Source: Octopus bimaculoides | Lineage: Eukaryota | Assembly: GCF_001194135.2 (NCBI RefSeq) | Contig: NC_068981.1 | Coordinates: 57,535,272-57,599,271, forward strand | DNA: 64,000 nucleotides | Direction of reading: 5' to 3' | In this document: positions 12,648 to 24,110 of the stretch, piece by piece | How the letters are laid out: each line of letters begins with the position of its first letter | Position numbering within the stretch: position 1 is the first letter of the stretch | Notes under the pieces: model-generated | Seen by the model: the letters and a program-made list of their open reading frames with translations, nothing else | Told to the model about the DNA's origin: nothing | Databases searched by the model: none | Position numbers and translations under genes: made by a program

Positions 12648-15600
12648 CTAACAAATACGAAGAAGAAGAAGAAGAAACAACAAAAGCTATAAAACAAATG
12701 AAATCCAAACTAAAACTAGAACAGCAACGGACCATGATAAAACGATGGCAAGAAAAGCCCCTACATGGTAAATACTGGGCTAAACTAAATGCGAAAGAAA
12801 TAGACAGAGAAAAATCCCAGCAATGGCTGAGAAGCTCAGGACTCAAAGCAGAGACTGAAGGATTTTTAATTGCTGCACAAGACCAAAGCCTCCCCACCAG
12901 AAATTACCAAAAACACATAATGAAAAGAAATATAACAAGTAACTGTAGAATATGTGGAGATCGACAAGAAACNNNNNNNNNNNNNNNNNNNNNNNNNNNN
13001 NNNNNNNNNNNNNNNNNNNNNNNNNNNNNNNNNNNNNNNNNNNNNNNNNNNNNNNNNNNNNNNNNNNNNNNNNNNNNNNNNNNNNNNNNNNNNNNNNNNN
13101 NNNNNNNNNNNNNNNNNNNNNNNNNNNNNNNNNNNNNNNNNNNNNNNNNNNNNNNNNNNNNNNNNNNNNNNNNNNNNNNNNNNNNNNNNNNNNNNNNNNN
13201 NNNNNNNNNNNNNNNNNNNNNNNNNNNNNNNNNNNNNNNNNNNNNNNNNNNNNNNNNNNNNNNNNNNNNNNNNNNNNNNNNNNNNNNNNNNNNNNNNNNN
13301 NNNNNNNNAGCAGATGACAACGTTTCTCTAAAAGAAATGGAAAAACTTTCAAAATACAAAGACCTGGAAATAGAGATAACTTGAATGTGGAATCTAAAAA
13401 CAGAAACAATTCCTATCATAGTAGGTGCCTTAGGTATAATAACAAAATATTCAGACAAATACATAACAAAAATAGCAGGACTTACAAATATATATAACAT
13501 ACAGAAAATTGCACTACTGGGTACTGCACACATTCTACGCAAAACACTTTCAATACAGTAAACATAAGAGCACCACAGCAAACCACAGCACATACCCAAG
13601 GCGCACAGAGCTGCGCTCGGTAGTGAAGTGAAAGCACGTTATAAAAATAAAACTACTGAATAATAATAATAATAATAATAAACAAAACAATAAAAAGTAC
13701 TTTTTTTTTATCAAACAAAAAGTGAACTTTTCTAAGGAAAAGGATATAATTGATTAAGTCCTCTTCACTACTTATAGGAATGAAAGACTGCATGATTGCA
13801 GTTAAATGACTGAAATAAGTAAAAAGTATGAAGTATCCTTAAAAATGACCATGCTGTCAAGTCTGTATATCCTATTGTAAATTCTCAGAACACTGTGTTC
13901 AGGACTTTCTAAAATTCTTCCTAAACTTAGACCAGAAAACCAGCCAATAAAGGCTATGTGTCAATTCCTCATCAACACCAGAACACATCCCAAACCATTA
14001 TTGCTCATGTTTTCCACTACCCTCAATGAAATATGAGAAGGAACCTTCTACCAATAGATTTGGCCAGCTGATAGAATGAAATGATTGTCTCAAAATATCC
14101 CAAGTGCTGTCTCATTCTTGGTATGTTCCTGGCCACTGGAGAGGCATTCTTCAAATGTCACACACAATCATTGTCCAAAACAATCAACCAAAAAAGAAAT
14201 AAGAGAAAATAAGAAAAATCTTACATTAAAGAAATCTTCTGAAATTGTGTCAAGCTGATTGTTAGAAATGTTAAGTTTCTGAAGAAACTGCAAACATTTT
14301 TGATGAACAGCATTTCTTAATGTTGCAGAGATAAAGTCCGAAATATTGTTGTCCGCAAGATTTAGTGTAAAATGCTTTTGAGCAACATGGCTATTCGTTA
14401 CAATTTTCTTACTTTTGACTATTAAACTTGGAGATTTTCTTCGATAAAATGCTGAAAAAGTTAATAATATTGAATTGTCATAAACTTGATTTTTATTACA
14501 ATAAAATTTTGGAAGTTTCAAAAGACAAGTCCTATCAATTAATATCATTTTTTAACAAGAAAATATTTTGAGAAAAAATACAATATTTTGATATATGGTT
14601 ATCATCTTATTTAGTGTTAACCTTTGCTATAGCTGTTAATGTTACTATGACTTAAAATTTTGGCACAAGGCCAGCAAGTTCAAGAGTGGGGTAAGTCAAT
14701 TACATCAACCCCAGTGCTCATCTGGTACTTATTTTATCAACTCTGAAAGATGAAAGGCAAGTGTAAAGATGGACAAAATGCTGCTAAGCATTTTGCCCAC
14801 TGTGCTAACGATTCTGCCACCTTGCTGCCTTACTATGACTTAAAATTACAAAGCATAATTAAAACCAACATTGAAAGATCCTCAATGTGATTACTTGACT
14901 TGCTAGAAATAGAAGCTAATAAATGGCACATTGTCTGGAAAATGAAAGAACATAAGTAGAACAGATGAAGGCTATTCCGTAACAAAATTATCTTTTTTAA
15001 AAAATCACATACTTTTTTGAAAATCATCTGAATTTGAACATTCTTCATCAGAGTGAAATTCCCTCTCTTTAGCTGGAGAAATATTGTAGAATTTAAATTT
15101 CTTTCCTTCCAATATTGAAAAAGTTAAATTCTTATCCTATAATGAAGAACAAAGAAATTAAGAAATGTTTAGTACCAGCGGCAAATTTTTTCAGGTGTGA
15201 CTGTAAAACTCATCCTTTACCAGGCTACTGATGAAATCATAAATACAAAAAAGAAATATAAAATGGCTAAACCAGGAATCGAAATATTACTAGCAAGCTG
15301 AGAGATAACTACAATTCTTGAATACACGAGGGAAAAGTATAAGAAATATTTATGTATCTCATGAAATACAGAAGTGTTTTCCTTAGTAGAAAATGAATGA
15401 GTAGAAAATTGAAACTTGTTTAACTTCTGATAAATCCTACCTTTGATTTCAATTGGATATCACAGTAAATAGCAGCATCTTCTGGAGCTAAACAACCTAT
15501 TTCTGGTTGAGAAGTATCTGTTAAAAAACAACTTTTACGAAGCCATGGTTCTAGAAGAAAAAAGTTTAAAGAATTAAGTAAAATAATATATTGAACTGAA

Positions 15601-18600
15601 AAATTATAAATAAAATTTTCTTTTAGAAAATTGGAGAAGGCAATCAGTTTAAGTATGTTTATATATATTCATCAGTTACTGTTTTGCTTCTCCATGCTGG
15701 CATGGTTTAGATAGGTTGTCACAGTCTACATCATCTTGCACATAAAGCAAAGAGAAGAAACTGGCCAACTTCGCTGTATAAATCTTACAGTATGGATGGC
15801 TGTGTTTTAATGGGTCATTAACATTAGAGAGATCTATCCCATGTGGGAGGACTAAAGAGCCCCCTGTACCCAGTATCAATTGTTATTTGGAGTAACTACT
15901 TTCCTAGATGTGTGCTTTGCCAAGTCCATGTATTGTTTGTACATTTCATTTGCTACACACACACACACACACAACCACTGCTATTACCAGTATTAAAGTA
16001 CAGCTGAGATGAGTGGAATGCATATTCAATGTATATATATTCAATGCCTGACATCTCACAGTAGGCTTTATTCTGAGCTGCTGATGGAAGTTCAATGACA
16101 GAAAATACAAAAGAAGAGGTGCACTGAAATGGTACAAAGTAACTCAGATCCAATGGGAAGAACTGGTTAAAGATCATGTTACAATTTTTGTACATATGTT
16201 TAATGTATCATATACTGTATTACACTGTCACCCAGCTTTACCCTGAATATGATGATTTGTGTTCACATTCCTAACATTTTGGGCAAAACCTTTTGAATAA
16301 CGTTTTACCTTATACATATGGGTCTGTGTAGCCAATAATGAAAGAACTATTGTTGTTGTTGTTGTTTATTATTATCATTATTATTATTGATTTGACTCAG
16401 GTTTGGTATTCTTCCGGGTAGGATTTATGTGGGTAGCAGGTTACTACCTGTAACCTTAGGTATCTACGAGCTTTCAATAGTATTTCAAGTGCTTAGAATC
16501 CTCCTGATAATCTTTCCTGTCCCTAAGAGGCAAACTTGCAGTAGAAGATCTACAGGACATTCTACTCCAATCCCCTTCAACCAATTTGTCTTCATCAGTT
16601 GATCACTGGAGTCAATGTAATTGACTAGCCCCATCTCCAAAATTTTCAAACCTTGTGTCTATCATAGAAAGGATATATACACATACATGTTATCATAATT
16701 ATTTAGAGAGGCAAAAACAGTAAGAATTTAACTAAATGCTTTATGTGATTTACATTTATTCTCCACATTTTAAGTATGAAGCCAGCTAGGCTCAAATGTT
16801 TCATCCCTCTATCAAAGGACTAAGTACTAGGCATGTTTTAGGTTTGATTCAGTTGAATCTACTCCTCACAATTTGTAATCCTTGTGCCAATGTAAGAAAT
16901 ATTTATGAGCTCAATCCCATCATTGAAGATAAGGAATCATTTGTACAAGAAATAACATCTGTTTAATTCTTCTATGCCTTCATTTAACAATACTAAGGTT
17001 TCATATGAACACAAACTGCATCAAGTGGCGAATGAGAATATATAAAATTATAAAAGAAGATAGATTATATGTAAATACATCTGGAGAGTTATGACAACAA
17101 ATCCATTGAAGAATTTATGAAAAATTAATACAATCAATGAAAATACATTACGCTTACCATGAGATAATTGGCTGAGATATAAACTGCTTTTGCCTCTACA
17201 ATAACCAACTGTATCAACTCTTGGGTCATTGATGTGAAAAGGACTCATTGACCCAGATAATGTTGTTCTCTTCCATTCTATGAAATGAATATCAGATCCA
17301 TTGGATTCATCAGCTACAAATATAATTATGGAAATAAATAAATACATGAAAATAACAATAACAACAGATTTGGTAGATGGTAACTGAAAGAAGCATCCTC
17401 TCTGTGTGTGTGTGTGTGTGCATACACGTGCAACAGAGCACTAGGGTATTGAGAAAAAAATTAGGCATAAGATGAAATATGTGGTCTGATCAATAAGTAT
17501 CCGGACTATTGCTATAGTAACAAAGCTAAAATACACAGAGTGAAGCTGCTTGGCAGAGATTGACCTTGAACTCTGTTGTGCATAAAAACTAAGTTTTAAC
17601 GTTCTAGGTTACTTCCTCTGTTTACAGCAATTCTTGGAAGGAAGGTGTATAGTGTGTGATTGTTGCATTGACTATGGCAGAGAAAGTTGAGCAGAGAATC
17701 TGCATCAAATTTTGCCAAAAGCTTGGTGATACCTGCTCAGAGGCCTATGCAAAGTTTTCAAAAAGTTTTCATTATTCTCGACATAATCAAGGAGATTTTG
17801 TGCAACTGAAACCCAAGTGACCTTTTAGTCAGTTGAAAGCAGTTTTGGCACAAACTTGGCAGATACGCATCTCATACCCAAATCTTCAGTGATAATGGAC
17901 TAAACTGAACCGTTACTAATCTGCATATCCTCTGATAACTCACAGATGGTAATTCGACAATTTCCCCTCACAGCTGCATGCACATCTGTGATGTCTTCTC
18001 AGAGAAGATAATTGGAAAAGGAAGTGGTATGTGCCTATTCTGCTTTCAGGTGACAGGGAGGTGATGGGTGCTAGGGATGAAAGGTGGGGTGGATGGTTGA
18101 TGGAGCAGAGAGGATGCAGGTGGTCATAGGGCAGAGTCCCTCATGGATGAGCATTAACCAAAATGGTCTAGGATATTGATTCTGCTGTGATGGACAAGTC
18201 TTCTTGCATACAGCAAGGTATCAAATATCTTGGTCCTTTGTTATCTCCTTTGTAAAGCTCAGTCTTGGAGATTGGCCTTCAATACTTCGTCCCATGTTTT
18301 TTTTTAGTCTCCCTCTTCCACAACTTCCATCCACTTTCAGTGATTGACACTTCTTTATACAATTGTCCATGTTCATATGCATCACATGACCAAATCAGCA
18401 AGTTTTCTCTCTTGTACACTGCATCTACAAGGTTTGATCAATGAGTAACCAGACTGCTACCATAGTAACAAAGCTAAAACATGCGGAGTAAAGCTGCTTG
18501 GCAAAGCCTGACCTTGAACTCTGCTGTGTTCTCTTAATCTTACTCAGAGGTAAACTATAAGATTAGGAATGTAGTCTACAGTATAAGGTGTACTGAGGGA

Positions 18601-21600
18601 CAATGCAGGACAATGATATACATTAGAGAGACAACATGTGAGTGGATAGGTGAACATTGGCAGGAGCTCAAGGAGGAGAAAAGCTCATCAGTGCTCTACT
18701 AACATGCTCAATTAGAACATGGAGGCTTGGTTAATAACATAGCTGTTAAGATATTATCAACACACAGAACAGACACGACACTTAGACAGATTATAGAGGC
18801 CACACACATAGTAATAGACAGACTGAGCCTCAAGAGAAAACATGAATGAAATAATAACACCCTTCCACTCCACTGCACTATGCAACCTGATAACTAAACA
18901 CAGGATGAGAGAAGAAAAAGGACACAGATACAAACAGTATAATACATAAATCTATATACACTGAATAAGAAAGAGGAAAAATATAGTGTGTGATTAATTG
19001 ACAAAATATGACCATCCCCAAGTATAACAATATCTGTTTCAACGCATGATATCACATCAAGAATCTTGCAAAATAAATACATAACTGTAATACACACATG
19101 CACATACACACACACACACATTTTAGGAAGTTAAAAGTTATGGCTGGTCGTAGAGTGACCATTAGGTTCGCACCTATAAAGCACTAAGTAGTATAAATAG
19201 TATAACAGACTCAAATTGTTGTATGTCAGGTGTGAAAAGACTTAAGCATGATAGAAGGACCAGCACAGGTGTCTTGCCATAGAGGAGATGCAAAGCTGAA
19301 GAGGATCAGAGGAATGTAGTGATGGAAGTACTAGAGAGCAAGCACTCAAGGAACAAGGTGAGCATAACAGAGAACAAGGATGGTGGACCATAGGAGGAAA
19401 TGCTTTCATAAGAGTATGAGTGGGGATTAAACAAGTGGTGGTAGAGGTTAATGTAGTGAGTGATGAACAAGAGTGGAAGTGCAGATGGTTGGAAATACCA
19501 CTATGTAGAGGGGTAAGGTGGAAGATATAGGAGTGGCTCAGGATGGAGAAAAGAACAGAAAGTAGTAGAATGATGTGCAAGGTGTAGGAGGAGTGGAAAG
19601 GGTGATATATGTATATGTGTGTGTGTGTGTGTCTATTGAGTAAGAGAAAAAGATGAAAATGTATGTATGCATGAATGTGTATGTGCATGAGTGTACACAA
19701 ACAGACAAACAGATGCGCACAAAGTTTATATTGATGAAGCCACCAAGAACAAATCAAATGCTTCTTTTCCCTTTTTTTATGAGAACGCAGTATAAACAAT
19801 TCAAGAACATTTTACATATGACAGAAAGAGTTTTCTGACCTACTTACATGATGATGAAGAATAACTGCTACCAGAATCGTGAGAAAAATATCTGTTATAG
19901 GTGCTATATGATGGGTTCTTCCCAGATTTGTGAATGGATTGGATTTTTCTAGCAAGCCTTTTACCCTTTCCTGAAACATAAAATTTTTATCAGTACCCAT
20001 TATTCAGTTTGCTTCAATCATATATTTATACCTAGATTTTCACATTTAAACAATTACATACATATCAATGACATCAATAGCTGATATATAAGACATGCTA
20101 TAAATGATATAGGCTTCTGTTACTGTCTCCAACCTGGAGAAACAGTTATTACAAGATAATGACTTATTATTACAAAGATAATGAAACTCTTGGCAGTAAT
20201 AAACCATGAAATGATACCTATTCACAGCTAAACAAACTAGACCAACATGAGTTCAGTGTCTTGGCTGCAAAAACTTAATAATTCATAGGATATAAATCTT
20301 TGACTTTTCATTTGATAGGCCAACCTCTTGATGAAACAGTAACTGAAGATTTCTCTTACATACATATTTCCAAATGTATATCGGCTAACTATTCACTTTG
20401 TCAAGCCCATTGGCTCATAGATCCAATAGTTTTCTCCATTATCTGCAGAATTAAGTATGTGAGAAAAATCCCACACACTTTAAATTCTGGTTTATTACAG
20501 TTAAACTTCACGCAAGAACTATTATTTCCTATATAGATAAACTCAAGATAATATGTTTAGTTTTGAAATTCAATTTTCAGTCTAAGAGTATATTTAAGTT
20601 GAAGTATAATTAATTTTAATTTTCTAATGAAATTATTAGTATTTTTGTTATATATTTCTAATACGTATAAAAGCTCTGTCAATTTGAGTATTTGAATAAA
20701 AAAAACACAGATGATAGCTAGTTTTTCATTTATTTCAACTCAAAATATAAACCAAAAAAAAAAATAATTAAATTATTTTTCTCTTCTGCAAGGTTTTTCT
20801 GAAATTCATTATATATTTACAATACATTTTCAAAATCTGGTAAATTCTTACATTTTATTCATATTCTAAATACTTTAGAATCCATTTATACACATTAATG
20901 GTTTTAATGACCAACTCAAAGGGATTTGCAGCAGTTGCTCTTGAGAGATAGCAACTCTTAACAGCAAGTAGAAAAGTTTTAAGTTCTATTTCAATGTAAA
21001 ATGATGTCTTCATAGTATCTCCCTCTCACCCCACCATATCTTCGATGAAATAAATTTAAAGCTGCTAAAAGAAAGAATTTTACCTGCTGAAGGATGTTTT
21101 ATGTAATGGTCACCTACAAATGTGGGGATCAACCAATCAAAATTGAAACTTCCTAGTCCAAGACCATTCCACAATATTGCTCCATCTGAAAGAGATTAGA
21201 TAAATGTTTTTGATAATTCAAGATTTAACACATTGAGTTCAACTCATTGAGTAAATTTTAAATCCTTCAGAATTATTAGTATTATTTTGTAGACAAATAT
21301 CAATGAGGAGAGTGATAGAAAAATCAATGCTTAGTATTATTTATTAAAGAACAGTAATTATAATTAGTAGAGCAGTATGTAAAATGTATTAAAAAATGTT
21401 AAAAATTACTTACCTTGTTCTTTTTGTCCAATATACAACAATAGTATTCCAACAATTGTATGATATTTATTTTCAATGGCTACTTTAAGGGGTGTTAAGA
21501 TATCAGATACAGGCTGAAAAATTTTTTTTAATAGATTAAATATAGCTCAAGAAAAATTTTCAAATTATGTTTTAAAGCACAAGAATTATGTTTTAAAGCA

Positions 21601-23079
21601 CAAGAATTATGTTTTAAAACACATGATCTAAAATCATAAATAAAACTAAGAACAGTAAGTTTTTTAGAGAAAAATTTCAAGATAATTTGAATACAATTGT
21701 TTTAAGACCTAGGAAATTAAGGATTTATAAGTAATGAAAATAATGTTGAATATTTATGTATAATGAGATGAAAGACAGGGCTTAAATAAATAAAGAATTA
21801 GGCTGGTGAATCTAAAGATTTATAATAGTGGCATACAAACAGTATGAGAGAGGAGTTTATATAGTAGGAATTGTATACAAATGAAATGTTGAGTGACTAG
21901 TTTGTCAAAGAAGTTCAAAATAAGATTCAGAAAATTAAACTAAAGTTATAAAGAAAAACAATTTGTGCACCTTCTCTAAAATTAAACGAACAATATGTTC
22001 ATCTCCATTTCCACAGGCATGCAGTAAGGGTGTATATGCTTTATGTTTGAAGTTGACATCAGCACCAAGGCTTAAAAGGCATTCAGCTTCCTGAAAAAGA
22101 GATAATAGTATTTATTGAATGAATTTCTATATTTGATATCACTAAAACTTGTAATGGTTGAAAATTTCATCTGAGAAAAAATTTCAAGCACTCACAGATT
22201 TCTTTTACATATTGATTCTTGATATGACTGGTATACCTGTGCTGGCAAAAATGCCAACAGTTTTATTAATGATAGAAAATGGCACATCAACATAATGGGG
22301 AAAACTATTAATTGTCAGTAATCTAGTAAATATATATACACATACAGAATTGAAGCACTTGAAGAATAAGGTGTAACATCTCAGTTGAAAATATCACCCA
22401 CAGAATGTATGATTGTGTATACAGAAACACACACACACGCATGCACGCACTCACACACACACACACATATGTACATATATATACATTGTATATATTTATT
22501 TATGTATGTATTTATATTATCTTAGTTGAAAAACTTCGATAAGGTAAATATGTTAATAGTTACCAGGGTAGCAAAATTCACAAAGAAATTGGGATATTAT
22601 ACCTGGTTAAGAGGTAGAAATTCCATGTTAAAGTGATGTATTTTGAGTTGATATAATAAAGAATAAATGGAGCAAAATGCATATAATTAAAGGAATTAAA
22701 GGAACTTATTTATTATATGCGTTTTGCTCCATTTATTCTTTATTACATATGTATATACATATACATTTATATANNNNNNNNNNNNNNNNNNNNNNNNNNN
22801 NNNNNNNNNNNNNNNNNNNNNNNNNNNNNNNNNNNNNNNNNNNNNNNNNNNNNNNNNNNNNNNNNNNNNNNNNNNNNNNNNNNNNNNNNNNNNNNNNNNN
22901 NNNNNNNNNNNNNNNNNNNNNNNNNNNNNNNNNNNNNNNNNNNNNNNNNNNNNNNNNNNNNNNNNNNNNNNNNNNNNNNNNNNNNNNNNNNNNNNNNNNN
23001 NNNNNNNNNNNNNNNNNNNNNNNNNNNNNNNNNNNNNNNNNNNNNNNNNNNNNNNNNNNNNNNNNNNNNNNNNNNNNNN

Positions 23080-23161
<82 letters not shown>

Positions 23162-24037
23162 AGTTTTGGATTTTATGTCATGTCGTCTGCCGACAGCTTT
23201 ATTGGCTTTATAGCAGTTTTGATAGCTATTTCTAGACATGTAAGGGTTTTTGCAACCCCCTCCGTTATAGTTGTGATTTATTCATAATTATACATACTTC
23301 TTTTATATATATAAAAGAAGTGTGTATAATAATGAATAAATCACAATTATAATGGAGAGGTTTGCAAAACAAACCTTACATGTATATAAAAGATGGAGGT
23401 GGAAATAACACAGACGTAAATCTAAGACATTTCAATTAAGAAAGAATTTATAAAATGATTTTAAAATTATATAAAGAGAATATAGAATATTTCGATGATG
23501 AATCTCATCTTGTCAAATATTAGTAGAAGTTTATAAAAATTTGAAGTAAAAGCAGTTTATTTTCTGTCTGGGTGTCAGAGAGGGTGTGTAGTTGTCTATT
23601 GTCTAAAAAAATCTTTATGGGTTCCTGCCAAAGGAGTGGCTTAAAGGCATTTATTGAATGAGTTTTATGTCCACTTCACCTGTGTGTATGTGTATGTGTG
23701 TGTGTGTGTATGCTATTTTCATTTGGGCGTCTCCAGCTGTGTGTATGTGTGTGTGTGTTTGTGTGAGTGTGCTGAGGTGTGTGTGAGTGTACAGAGGTGT
23801 GTGTGTGTGTGTGTGTGTGTTTGTGATGTTTTCTTTTGTATGTGTGAGTGAGTGTATCTGTGTGTGTGTGTGTTTGTGTTTGCAATGTTTTCTTTTATGT
23901 GTGTGTGTATGTATGTGCGTGCAGAGGTGTGTGTGAGTGTGTTTTTGTGATGTTTTCTTTTGTATGTTTGTGTGTGTGTGCAGACGTTTGTACGTGTATG
24001 TTTTTTGCAATGTTTTCTTTTGTGTGTATGTGTGTGT

Positions 24038-24110
<73 letters not shown>

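Noticed and set aside
11850-13680. Repeat-spacer appearance resembling a CRISPR array
   Set aside because: The repeats are variable-length (TAA)n and the spacers are LINE 3' ends of hundreds of bp in a eukaryotic intron.
14452-14548. Longer exon 24 using the AG at 14532-14533
   Set aside because: Phase 2 and poor pyrimidine tract; the acceptor at 14452 has a T-tract and matches the phase-1 donor of exon 23.
19812-20000. ORF-track frame ERVKGLLEKSNPF... over exon 20
   Set aside because: Flanking exons require phase 1/1, which gives KGKRLARK...SSSS; the phase-0 frame would break the chain.
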